Shown here: positions 8,573 through 17,957 of the stretch, piece by piece
How positions within the stretch are numbered: position 1 is the stretch's first letter
How the letters are laid out: each line of letters opens with the position of its first letter
NCBI GenBank assembly: GCA_043803945.1
Contig: JAZDJN010000019.1
Location: 1-50,881 of the forward strand
DNA: 50,881 bases
Direction: 5' to 3'
DNA from: a bacterium
Lineage (GTDB): Bacteria; Bacteroidota; Ignavibacteria; UBA10030
The notes under the pieces: generated by a model
The model's input: only the letters and a program-made list of their open reading frames with translations
The model's database searches: none
Told to the model about the DNA's origin: nothing
Made by a program: the position numbers and the translations under genes

Positions 8573-10924
8573 ATGTGCAGAAAAACAATTGTAATTCTAA
8601 GTCTCGTGATCGGTTTGTTATTGCTGACCGCGTCCCTGGTTGCTCAACCGATTCGTGTAGATTTCGTGCTCAGTGCCAAGGTTGTTGAAGGAGGCAAGGT
8701 TTATCTCAGTTGGACAAAACCTTTCCACGACACAGTCGCCTACTACCTGGTGTATCGATTGCAGCAGCCGGCCTATATGTCCTCGCTCGGAAAGTTCACC
8801 CAGATCGATTCAACGAAACTCAATGAGAGCACCGATCAACCGCCGCTCATCCCGGATAAAACGCTCGCGATCTATCAGGTTATCGCGAAGATAACGAATG
8901 GTACAACGCGTTATAGTACCACTGCCGGAGTCGATCTTGCAGACAAAGTGACGATTACCTCAAAACCTCCGACAACTGTGTCGATTGGAGGCAATTATAG
9001 TTACCAAGTGACAGCGACATCGTCTGATCCCGGTGCCACATTAAAATATTATCTTGCCTATAAACCGGAAGGAATGACTATTGACACCCTGAAAGGCCTG
9101 GTAACGTGGTCTCCGGCAACTCAAGGGTATTTTAGAGTTGGCATTGGAGCGCGATCGAACAAGGGAGGTCGGACTGAGCAATCTTATGTTATTACGGTGA
9201 GTGGGCCGACCGGAACGGTTTCGGGAGTAATTTCCGATACGACTGGAAAGCCGATTGCGAAAGTGACTGTCAGACTTTACAAGAGAAGCACAATTCGTTC
9301 ATTTGAATACACAGCGTGGAGTGATGAACTCGGTAAATATTCAATCAGCCAGGTTGATACAGGCACCTACATCGCTCAGGCGGTTCCGATGAGAGGTGAT
9401 TATCTGGAACAATGGTATAATGGAGTTTCAAGCTCAGATAAAGCAACGCCCATCAGTGTGCGTGAGAATAGTACAAGCGTCATTAATTTTACTCTGAAAT
9501 CGAAAGTTCTTATTCCTTTCTACACGGTCAAGGGTACCGTGCTTGATACGTTGAAGAAACCGATCAAGGATGCCGTGGTTGTTTTCTCGTATTCGGGATT
9601 CAGCCTTAATGGTGCTCGAGGAGTTTCAGATATCGGATTGATGATGGATCCGAAGGATATGTTTGATTTGAGTAACTCCCTGATGTGTCAGTTCGGATCT
9701 ACGGGTTCCGGTTTCAGCAATGGATTTGGGACGAATGATTTTCGCCTCGATGGAAACTCGGAGTTCGTCTTCATGGTCAAAACCGATCTCAATGGAGCAT
9801 ACTCCATCAAATTGCCTCAGGGATCATATACGATCATGTCCTACGCTGCAGGACATAATAAACTGTTCTATAATAATAAGACAGATCTGCTGACAGCAGA
9901 TGTACTCAGGCTCTCGAAAGATACAAGCAGCATCAACTTTGTCCTGAAACCGTTGAGTCCTCTTGCCGTTGGAAAAATCAGCGGTCAGGTGGTCGACTCC
10001 CTGAACAAGAGTGGCGTCGCTGCAAGGATTATTGCCTTCAGGATGCGAAGCTCAATTCTTAAAGACACGCTCAATGCCCCAGCCGCCTATCATGCCGATA
10101 CCGATTCGCTGGGCAAATATACTGTTGAGAACCTGGCTCCTGGAGATTACATCATCTTTGCCATGCCGCTGGGGAGATTTGTTCCATCATTCTACAGCAT
10201 CAAAGGTCCGACGATACGATGGGATGAAGCAACCAAAGTGAGTGTGAATGGAAACAGCATTACGGGAATCAACATAATCGTAACGCCCATGGGGTCAGTA
10301 CGGAGAGGATATACTTCTATTAACGGTTTCATTAAATCTTCGGTTCTCCCCGGTGGCCTCCGAAAGGGTACTTCAACGTATCCAATCGCTGGAGCGGTTG
10401 TTTATGCGATCGATGATACAAAGGAAGTTGTGGGATATGGAATTACCGACACTGATGGTGCCTTCACGATTTCCGAGTTATCTCCGGCGACATACAGCGT
10501 TGTGGTTGATAAAGTTGAATACTCTTCACAGAGCACCAGCGCAAGCCCGTCGTATAGCTTGTTGTCAACAGCATCACCCGCGAACATCACTCTCGATATC
10601 TCACCGGTGGCGGTTACAGATGTTGAGGAGATCGCCCCAATTCCAACGGGCTACATCCTGGAACAAAACTATCCGAATCCCTTTAATCCGAGTACACAAA
10701 TCCTCTTCAGCCTCCCTGAATCACAGGTTGCATCAGTGGTTGTTTATAATCTGATTGGGCAGAAAGTTGCCACACTGCTCGATGGGTATCTTACTGCCGG
10801 TACTCATGCTGTTGTGTGGAATGGACGTGATTCCCGCGGCAAATCACTTTCTTCGGGTATCTATTTCTACCAGTTGACGGCAGGGAGCTATACATCGGTA
10901 AAGAAGATGGCGTTAATGAAATAG
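8573..10924 (+). CDS. T9SS type A sorting domain protein with putative Ig and carboxypeptidase-regulatory-like repeats
   Basis: Signal peptide; YSYQVTATSSDPG..PEGMTID (Ig-like); repeated G.ISG.V.D modules; C-terminal LEQNYPNPFNPSTQI...KKMALMK. Confidence 0.9.
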   Translation: MCRKTIVILSLVIGLLLLTASLVAQPIRVDFVLSAKVVEGGKVYLSWTKPFHDTVAYYLVYRLQQPAYMSSLGKFTQIDSTKLNESTDQPPLIPDKTLAIYQVIAKITNGTTRYSTTAGVDLADKVTITSKPPTTVSIGGNYSYQVTATSSDPGATLKYYLAYKPEGMTIDTLKGLVTWSPATQGYFRVGIGARSNKGGRTEQSYVITVSGPTGTVSGVISDTTGKPIAKVTVRLYKRSTIRSFEYTAWSDELGKYSISQVDTGTYIAQAVPMRGDYLEQWYNGVSSSDKATPISVRENSTSVINFTLKSKVLIPFYTVKGTVLDTLKKPIKDAVVVFSYSGFSLNGARGVSDIGLMMDPKDMFDLSNSLMCQFGSTGSGFSNGFGTNDFRLDGNSEFVFMVKTDLNGAYSIKLPQGSYTIMSYAAGHNKLFYNNKTDLLTADVLRLSKDTSSINFVLKPLSPLAVGKISGQVVDSLNKSGVAARIIAFRMRSSILKDTLNAPAAYHADTDSLGKYTVENLAPGDYIIFAMPLGRFVPSFYSIKGPTIRWDEATKVSVNGNSITGINIIVTPMGSVRRGYTSINGFIKSSVLPGGLRKGTSTYPIAGAVVYAIDDTKEVVGYGITDTDGAFTISELSPATYSVVVDKVEYSSQSTSASPSYSLLSTASPANITLDISPVAVTDVEEIAPIPTGYILEQNYPNPFNPSTQILFSLPESQVASVVVYNLIGQKVATLLDGYLTAGTHAVVWNGRDSRGKSLSSGIYFYQLTAGSYTSVKKMALMK

Positions 10925-10932
10925 GAAATGAG

Positions 10933-10983
10933 AGATGACCGCCACCTAAACGCGTATACTCTACGTTGAGGTGACGGTCATCT
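10933..10983 (+). terminator. Long hairpin after the T9SS gene
   Basis: agatgaccgccacct / aggtgacggtcatct. Confidence 0.55.
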
Positions 10984-11070
10984 GCCTATTTGGACTGGAC
11001 CGATCGTTCAATAATGATTCCTTTTCAAGGCAAACAGTAAGCTACAAAGTGTTTTTACAAGACACTAGTG

Positions 11071-11128
11071 CGAAGGCGTCCCCGCCGAGCACTGCAGTTG
11101 CGCATAGCCCCTCGGCGTGACGCCTTCG
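11071..11128. repeat. GC-rich intergenic inverted repeat
   Basis: cgaaggcgtccccgccgag / ctcggcgtgacgccttcg. Confidence 0.7.
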
Positions 11129-11249
11129 GGTTAGTAGTCTCTCAAAAAAGGTTTCACACTGCCCCCTTATCATTTCTCCCTTGCTTCACTGGTTTCTCTT
11201 TGATATTCTTTGCTAAAGTTATTGAAGCCAGTGTCCTATCGAGATCAAG

Positions 11250-11897
11250 GTGATTCTCCATCCTTCTAAAATATTTTTCGCATTACTCATTGCATTATGT
11301 ACCACTCTGGTACCATTGCACGGACAGGGTTTTTACAAAGACCTCTTTGTGGATGCCGGTGTTGGTTTGACGAAGCTTGCAGTGCCTGCTGCGGCAGAGT
11401 CGCTCCACTTCTCAATTGAATATATCTCAACAGAGAATTCCTCACTCAGCGCGGGTGATTGGTATATTGCAGTCGAGTGCCGAACAGTCGTCTCCGCTAT
11501 CCAGTCCACCGAATCGTACCAGTACACCGGCAATCTTGGGGTGTTGAATGGTGTTGCCTATTCTCTGACTGCCAATTGGAGTACGACAGCGTCAGCAACG
11601 GGAAATACAACGATCCCAAAGGAATTTCTGCTCCAACAGAATTATCCCAATCCCTTTAATCCAACAACGCAGATTCAATTCACTCTTCCTGCCGAAGGCA
11701 ATGTTTTATTAACCGTGTGTAATACACTCGGAGAACTTCTTGCTACACTTGTTGATGAATCGATGCCGGCTGGAACGCATGCCGTTCCGTGGAACGGAAG
11801 AACCGGGAAAGGAGAGGTCCTTCCTTCCGGTGTCTACCTGTATCACTTACGCAGCGGACAGTGTTCCGGCGTAAAGAAAATGATTTTGTTGAGATGA
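11250..11897 (+). CDS. Small T9SS type A sorting domain protein, possibly internally deleted
   Basis: Signal peptide; LQQNYPNPFNPTTQI...KKMILLR C-terminal domain; only about 90 aa of passenger. Confidence 0.8.
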   Translation: MILHPSKIFFALLIALCTTLVPLHGQGFYKDLFVDAGVGLTKLAVPAAAESLHFSIEYISTENSSLSAGDWYIAVECRTVVSAIQSTESYQYTGNLGVLNGVAYSLTANWSTTASATGNTTIPKEFLLQQNYPNPFNPTTQIQFTLPAEGNVLLTVCNTLGELLATLVDESMPAGTHAVPWNGRTGKGEVLPSGVYLYHLRSGQCSGVKKMILLR

Positions 11898-11951
11898 GAA
11901 TTGAAGGCGGGAAGGGACGCAACCCAACATGGTGAACCAGAGACAATCGCG

Positions 11952-13121
11952 GTGAAGAACTTCGATGTCATTATCATCGGCGGCGGCGCTGCAGGCTTGA
12001 TGTGCACCATCGAAGCAGGGAAACGCAAACGATCGGTCGTTCTTCTTGAGCATAACTCTTCTCTCGGGAGTAAGATCCGCATTTCCGGAGGTGGCCGCTG
12101 TAACTTTACCAACCTCAACATATCTGCCGATAACTATCTCTCGACGAATCCTCACTTCTGCAAGTCGGCACTGGCACGGTACACCCCAACCGATTTCATT
12201 GCATTGATTGAAGCCTACCGTATTGCGTACCACGAGCGAAAGCATGGGCAGTTGTTTTGCGATCAAAGCGCGCAGCAAATTATCGACATGCTTCAGCGGG
12301 AATGTGAAGCGGCCAATGTTGTGATACAGAATGATGTGCGCGTTGGCAGTGTTAGCAAGAATCAGGCATTCATTATTCAAACCAACAAGGAGCAATACTC
12401 CGCATCATCGGTGGTTATAGCCACAGGTGGATTGTCGATCCCATCGCTTGGTGCATCCGATTTAGCTTTTACTGTTGCGGAGCAGTTCGGCCTGAAGATG
12501 ATACTGCCAAAACCTGGGCTGGTTCCGCTGATATCCGAAATAACCGAACGGGATTTTTATCAAGCGCTGAGCGGCATCTCCATCGATGCGGTCGTTCAGT
12601 GCGAAGGATCGACGTTTCGTGAGAATATCCTGTTTACGCATCAGGGATTAAGCGGACCGGCAATTCTTCAGGCATCATCGTACTGGAAGAAAGGGGCAGT
12701 CATAGAAATCAATCTCCTGCCCGATCTGGACCTGCTCCACCTGTTTCTCGCAAACTTCCAAAGCAGGAAGGAAGTTGCCACGCTGCTCGATCAAGTTCTT
12801 CCGCGCCGATTTGTGAAGGAATGGTTCGATCGACGAGGCGGATCCAAGCCGATGTTTGCCTATTCAAAAAAACAGCTTGAAGAGATTGCCCATGAGTTAC
12901 ACCATTGGCAGATCGTTCCCAGCAGTACTGAAGGGTATGGCAAAGCAGAAGTTACGGTTGGAGGAATTGATACTGATGAACTCTCTTCAAAGACGATGGA
13001 GTCGAAGAATGTCCCTGGCTTATACTTCATCGGCGAATGTGTCGATGTCACAGGATGGTTGGGAGGATACAACTTCCAATGGGCCTGGTCGTCCGGGTGG
13101 GTGGCGGGGCAGGTTGTGTGA
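11952..13121 (+). CDS. HI0933/YhiN(BaiN)-family NAD(P)/FAD-dependent oxidoreductase
   Basis: IIGGGAAGL, KIRISGGGRCNFTN, ATGGLSIP, LFTHQGLSGP, VTVGG, GYNFQWAWSSG. Confidence 0.95.
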   Translation: MKNFDVIIIGGGAAGLMCTIEAGKRKRSVVLLEHNSSLGSKIRISGGGRCNFTNLNISADNYLSTNPHFCKSALARYTPTDFIALIEAYRIAYHERKHGQLFCDQSAQQIIDMLQRECEAANVVIQNDVRVGSVSKNQAFIIQTNKEQYSASSVVIATGGLSIPSLGASDLAFTVAEQFGLKMILPKPGLVPLISEITERDFYQALSGISIDAVVQCEGSTFRENILFTHQGLSGPAILQASSYWKKGAVIEINLLPDLDLLHLFLANFQSRKEVATLLDQVLPRRFVKEWFDRRGGSKPMFAYSKKQLEEIAHELHHWQIVPSSTEGYGKAEVTVGGIDTDELSSKTMESKNVPGLYFIGECVDVTGWLGGYNFQWAWSSGWVAGQVV

Positions 13122-13290
13122 GAGGGTGAGTTTGAGAGGGGGAGAATGAGAGAGAGGGAAAAGGGGAGTGTGAGAGAGTGAGAGGGTAAGAGTGTAAGAG
13201 GGTATGGTTGAGTGACGATTGACGAATGGCGAATGATGATTGGTTCAATAATCCATTGGTTCAGTGATCCGATGATTCAATTATCAATTG
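13121..13290. repeat. Mosaic of 7- and 8-nt-period degenerate tandem repeats between convergent genes
   Basis: agtgtgag agagtgag agggtaag agtgtaag; gattgac gaatggc gaatgat; ttggttca twice. Confidence 0.8.
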
Positions 13291-13325
13291 CCCCCGAATG
13301 AAGCGGTGATATAAAAGAAAGCATC

Positions 13326-13697
13326 CTATGGGCGTATGATTCCGCTGGCGTTACCGCGCAGTACTTCCTTCCCTTTCTGATTACGACAGATCCAGGTAGA
13401 AGACACATGAATGACCGCTCTCTCTTCGTGGAGATCTGTAATCGTTACGGAGCATTCGATGGTGTCGGATGCATAGACAGGTCGGATGAATTGAAATGTC
13501 ATCTCCTGTGCAATAAAGTTGAGGTCGCCGCCAATCTTTGTCGGTAATGTAGCAGTGAGCAATCCCTGGGCCATGAGCCGGCCCTGTTCGTCAGGCTGAA
13601 GATGATGGAGTCCTTCATCGCCGGAGAGCTTGCCAAATTGCCGGATATCTTCCTCGGTGAATGTGCGTTTCCATGTTATAACATCGCCAACGTTCAT
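13326..13697 (-). CDS. MaoC-like hotdog-fold dehydratase / enoyl-CoA hydratase
   Basis: RTFTEEDIRQFGKLSGDEGLHH, AQGLLT, FIRPVYASDTI. Confidence 0.9.
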   Translation of the reverse strand: MNVGDVITWKRTFTEEDIRQFGKLSGDEGLHHLQPDEQGRLMAQGLLTATLPTKIGGDLNFIAQEMTFQFIRPVYASDTIECSVTITDLHEERAVIHVSSTWICRNQKGKEVLRGNASGIIRP

Positions 13698-13715
13698 TTG
13701 GAATAATCCCTACAG

Positions 13716-13849
13716 GTAACTGCTCAATAAGTCCTCCACGGATGACACACCGAGATGCACAGATAATACTGGACTTTGATATTTCTTCGAACAAGATATC
13801 ATGCTGCTTGCTTTCCTCAGTTATTATCGGTGTGCCATCAGTGGTGAAA
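13716..13849. mobile_element. About 135-bp hairpin dispersed repeat (MITE/REPIN-like); reverse-complement homolog of 49299-49490
   Basis: Arms ccacggatgacacaccga / tcggtgtgccatcagtgg; the whole element, including the loop, aligns to 49299-49490. Confidence 0.85.
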
Positions 13850-13871
13850 TTGCCGGGTAAACACCCTCAAA

Positions 13872-13960
13872 ATTTCTATTTTGCATTTTTCCTTTTTCAT
13901 TTTACATTTTTCATTATGGATCTCTTTCATTTTGAATTTTTAACTTTTCATTTTACATTT
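13872..13960. repeat. 7-nt-period T-rich tandem repeats overlapping the S41 gene stop
   Basis: ttttcat tttacat ... tttgaat ttttaac ttttcat tttacat. Confidence 0.75.
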
Positions 13961-16900
13961 TTCAGTAGTTCCTCCACCGCTCGTTCCAGTTGCTGATCGC
14001 GGCCTTTGCTGATGATGCCTGGTTCATTCTTAATCATCACGTCTGGAATTGTCTCAACATTCTCCAGCCATTGCCCTTTGCTGTTTTTGGAGCTTATTGG
14101 AACGGCGCCCCAGGTGGTCACACCATCCTGCAGCGTTTCCCAACCAGCGTAGCTGCAAGTTCCGGGCACAGGCATACCGATCGTTGTACCGATACCGAGG
14201 TCTTTATACCCGCATGCAAAACAATGGCCATCGCTATAGTTGGCTTCATTGAACATTGCTACCGTAGGTTTTGTCCAGCGGAAGGTCGGTTCATAACCAA
14301 GCGATCGGCTTTCAATCGCATAGTCTAAAAACTTCTGTCCGGTGAAGAACATCGCGAGGTCTGCAACAAGATCGCCACCGCCGTTAAATCGTGTATCAAC
14401 AACAACGCCTTTGCGATCGTGGTATTTACCCATCATCTCTTCGTACGTGGTGCGGTATGGGCCGTCACTCATACCGGGAATATGCACATAGCCAAGCTTA
14501 CCGCCGCTCAGCTTTTCAACCTCTTCCTGATTTTTCTGCACCCATCGTTTATACAATAAACGGTTTTCGTCACCAAGCGTGATCGGTTTCACCATAAACT
14601 GCTGCCTGTTCTTTGTCGCCGGATCGAGCACAGTGAGCAAAGTGTATTTGCCGGCCTTGCGGTTCAGGTATTGTGCAACATCGCGGTCTGCGGAGAGTAT
14701 CTCTCCATCAATCTGCTCGATGATCATTCCGGCCTGGATCTTCACATTGGCCTTTTCAAGCGGGCTTCCTTTCATCACTTCGGCAATCCGAATACCATCG
14801 CCCGTATAATCGTAATCCATGAAAATTCCCAACGATGCTGTGTTATCGCCGTTTGGATCGCTGGCAGCATAGCGTGCACCGGAGTGGGATACATTAAGCT
14901 CGCCTAACATTTCGGAAAGCATTTCCGTGAATTCATATCCAGTCCCAATGGATGGCAGGTATTTCTCGTATGCTCCCCGCAATTCGTCCCAGGGTGCTCC
15001 GTGAAACGTCGAGATGTAAAACATACTCTTTGTTCTTCGCCATACATGGTCGAACATATATTTGCGTTCTGCGGCCGCATCCAGAATCATCTCTCCATTA
15101 ATATTCACAGCCTCTTTTTTCCAGCCCTCGGGATTGAGCTTTGAGATTTTTCCATCCGCAAGGAGAAAGAGACTCTTCATCTCCTTATCCCATTGCATGC
15201 TGGCCGAGCTGGCATCCAGAGGAACTTCCATTTTGGTTTCTTTGGTGCGCAGGTTTGTGCTCCAGAGGTTCAGCCCTTTTTCAAAGCGGGCCAGGTAGTA
15301 TAATTTCTCACCATCCTTCGATAACACTGCATCACTCAGCGATGAAGAGTGGATAGTCAACCGTGCCTTGCGATCTCGTATTCCGTCCAAATCGATGACT
15401 ACAACCACAGAATCCTTTTTCGGTTCAGTACTCGTTTTCTTTTTATCATCCTGCTTTGCTTTTTCTTTGCTCTCTTTTTCTTTGGCCTCCTTTTCTTCCA
15501 GCTCCTTCAACAATGCATAGTCTTCCTTGCTGAGATTGAAACGATCCCAGGCATCTTTCGTGAAGAACATACTGTACACATCTGTTTGACGCGTTCCGCT
15601 GTTGGCATAACTCCGGAGGCCGTCACGATCGCTGAACCATAGCATCTGCTTTCCGTTCATCACCCATCGCGGTCTTGAGTCGTCATACCCACTCTGTGTC
15701 AGGTTGACCATCTTGCCTTTTCCATCTGAAGGAATTAATACCACTTCCGTGTTGGTCATTACCGGTGAATATTGTGCCAGAAGCCATTTCCCATCCGGGC
15801 TCCAGTTAAAGTACTGATCACCGTCGGTCATATAATAGAGTTCATCGGGAGTCATCAGTACGCGGGATTGTTTGGTCTCCAGATTGAATATCTTCAGCGT
15901 CCTTCTATTCTCGATAAAGGCCACCTCTTTTCCATCGGGCGAGTAGAGCGGTTGATAGCTGTCCTGCTCGCCGGCAATCAACGGCTCTTCTGTTAACAGT
16001 GTGGAGACATAGAAATACGGTTCCTCTTTGCGTGTTTTTTTGGTTTGATAGATTTTCCAACCATTGCCCCGCTCACTTGCATACAGTAAGGCTGATCCGT
16101 CGGGGGAGAAACTTAAAAATCGTTCTTGTTCGGGAGTATTGGTGATGCGCTTTGTCACGCTGCCTTCGGCTGACGAGACGAATACTTCTCCACGGACAAT
16201 GTACGCAACCTCTTTGCCATTCGGCGATACGGCAAACTCGCGCACATTGCCGCTGATGGGTAGCACGGTTTGGTTGTTGATTTTGCTTTCTGTGCGAATG
16301 CTCACCTGCAGTTTTTTAGGTTCACCGCCTTGCTTCAGTGTGTAGAGTTCACCGTCATAGCTGAAGCAAAGTGTACCGTTGTTTGAGATACTGAGGAAAC
16401 GGACGGGAAACTTCTTGAAGGAGGTAACCTGCCGCTTACGCTGTGGATTGTCAATCTCGAGTTTATGGACGTTAAACGATCCGCTTTCTTCACTCAGGTA
16501 GAACATGCTCTTATCCTCTTCGGCGAAAACCGGATTGCGGTCCTCGCCCTTAAAGGAGGTAATCATTTTATGTTCACCTGTCTTGTTGTCGTACAGCCAG
16601 ATGTCGCGTGCGATGGAGGAGGTATGATGCTTGCGGAATGCATTCTCGCCTCCTTTCTTATCGTGATAGAGCATGCGTTGACCATTCCTGCTGACTTGTA
16701 CGTCTTCCGCCGGGATTGTCCAGACCAGGTTCACCCTGCCGCCGCTCGATGGTACTTGATAGAGTTCAGGTTGTGAACCCGTCGGGTATTGCCGGTGGAT
16801 GGCAAGATCCTGACGGACTCCACCGAAGATTACTGCCTTATCATCCGGAGTGAACGAATAGGGATATTCGGCAGATGAATGGTAGGTGAGACGTTTTGCT

Positions 16901-17196
16901 TCGCCTCCTTCGGCACTCATAAGAAATACATCGAAGTTCCCATAGCGATCGGATGCGAAGGCAATCGACTTGCCGTCGTGACTCCACACCGGCATAAAGT
17001 CGTGCGCTTCGTGGAATGTAAGCGGTGTAGCTGTTCCGCCGCTCGACGGAACGATGTAAAGGTCGCCTTTGTATGTGAAGACTATCCTATCACCATCGGG
17101 TGAAATTGAAGGGTACCGCAGCCACAGAGGATTGTTCTGTGCAGCAGCATTAGATAGAATGATCATCGAGAAGATAAAGGCAAGGAACTGTTTCAT
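13948..17196 (-). CDS. Tricorn protease-like S41 family peptidase (PD40 propellers, PDZ)
   Basis: WLRYPSISPDG, repeated WSPDG, MLGELNVSH, LGYVHI, DTRFNGGG, ANYSDG, DQQLERAV. Confidence 0.95.
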   Translation of the reverse strand: MKQFLAFIFSMIILSNAAAQNNPLWLRYPSISPDGDRIVFTYKGDLYIVPSSGGTATPLTFHEAHDFMPVWSHDGKSIAFASDRYGNFDVFLMSAEGGEAKRLTYHSSAEYPYSFTPDDKAVIFGGVRQDLAIHRQYPTGSQPELYQVPSSGGRVNLVWTIPAEDVQVSRNGQRMLYHDKKGGENAFRKHHTSSIARDIWLYDNKTGEHKMITSFKGEDRNPVFAEEDKSMFYLSEESGSFNVHKLEIDNPQRKRQVTSFKKFPVRFLSISNNGTLCFSYDGELYTLKQGGEPKKLQVSIRTESKINNQTVLPISGNVREFAVSPNGKEVAYIVRGEVFVSSAEGSVTKRITNTPEQERFLSFSPDGSALLYASERGNGWKIYQTKKTRKEEPYFYVSTLLTEEPLIAGEQDSYQPLYSPDGKEVAFIENRRTLKIFNLETKQSRVLMTPDELYYMTDGDQYFNWSPDGKWLLAQYSPVMTNTEVVLIPSDGKGKMVNLTQSGYDDSRPRWVMNGKQMLWFSDRDGLRSYANSGTRQTDVYSMFFTKDAWDRFNLSKEDYALLKELEEKEAKEKESKEKAKQDDKKKTSTEPKKDSVVVVIDLDGIRDRKARLTIHSSSLSDAVLSKDGEKLYYLARFEKGLNLWSTNLRTKETKMEVPLDASSASMQWDKEMKSLFLLADGKISKLNPEGWKKEAVNINGEMILDAAAERKYMFDHVWRRTKSMFYISTFHGAPWDELRGAYEKYLPSIGTGYEFTEMLSEMLGELNVSHSGARYAASDPNGDNTASLGIFMDYDYTGDGIRIAEVMKGSPLEKANVKIQAGMIIEQIDGEILSADRDVAQYLNRKAGKYTLLTVLDPATKNRQQFMVKPITLGDENRLLYKRWVQKNQEEVEKLSGGKLGYVHIPGMSDGPYRTTYEEMMGKYHDRKGVVVDTRFNGGGDLVADLAMFFTGQKFLDYAIESRSLGYEPTFRWTKPTVAMFNEANYSDGHCFACGYKDLGIGTTIGMPVPGTCSYAGWETLQDGVTTWGAVPISSKNSKGQWLENVETIPDVMIKNEPGIISKGRDQQLERAVEELLKNVK

Positions 17197-17288
17197 AGGA
17201 TCCTTTTTATGAGTAGTAATAAGTAGACTTTGGAGGTGCCGAGCTAAATGGTGCATCATGTTTGAGAGGAACTGGTGCGTGGTAGTGT

Positions 17289-17921
17289 TTATCCGCCTAA
17301 GCGTTTTATCTCCGCTTGGATTTCTTTGACGACTTCCTTGTTCTGAATAACTTTATCTTTTCCCTCTTTTATGGAAATAACATAGAATACTCTGCCACCG
17401 TATTGACCTGTAAATTTTTTATGTGTCACAGCTTGCTGATTCCGTTCCTTGAAGATTTCTGGAATGTGAGAGACACCACTGGCAGGCTTGATCTGAAGCC
17501 CGATATATTTATCTCTTATCTTGATGAAGAAATCCACATTGAACAGTCTATCCCACTCGTCTGGCGCTGGTTCAATCTTAATACTTAGCAGATCTTGAAG
17601 CTGACCATAGATTGTGCGAATCTCTGTTGTGTAACCATCGAACGTGCGATCAATGACTAATTGAAACATATAGTGAATACAATCTTCCTCGGTAATCTCC
17701 TCAACCTCGGAAGCGATGACCTCGGTAATCTTGACGTAGAGCTTCCTGCCAAGCTCCTCGATGTGTTGCTTGCTTCGGACTTGCGAGAAATAGAACTCTC
17801 TCCATTCATCGACGGTCTTTGGGGAACATTTGCGTATTGCTTCGGACACAGCGCCAACATTTCTTTTAAAATTGAGTTGGAAACGGTTGGTGGCACTGTT
17901 CAATATCCATTCTTTAGGCAT
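17289..17921 (-). CDS. MjaI-family type II restriction endonuclease
   Basis: KRNVGAVSEAIRKCSPKTVDEW, EPAPDEWDRLFNVDFFI...GLQIKP (PD..D..QxK); downstream of an N4/N6 MTase. Confidence 0.8.
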   Translation of the reverse strand: MPKEWILNSATNRFQLNFKRNVGAVSEAIRKCSPKTVDEWREFYFSQVRSKQHIEELGRKLYVKITEVIASEVEEITEEDCIHYMFQLVIDRTFDGYTTEIRTIYGQLQDLLSIKIEPAPDEWDRLFNVDFFIKIRDKYIGLQIKPASGVSHIPEIFKERNQQAVTHKKFTGQYGGRVFYVISIKEGKDKVIQNKEVVKEIQAEIKRLGG

Positions 17922-17957
17922 TGGGTGAAATCCTAGTGTTAGGGAAACTTGATTATG

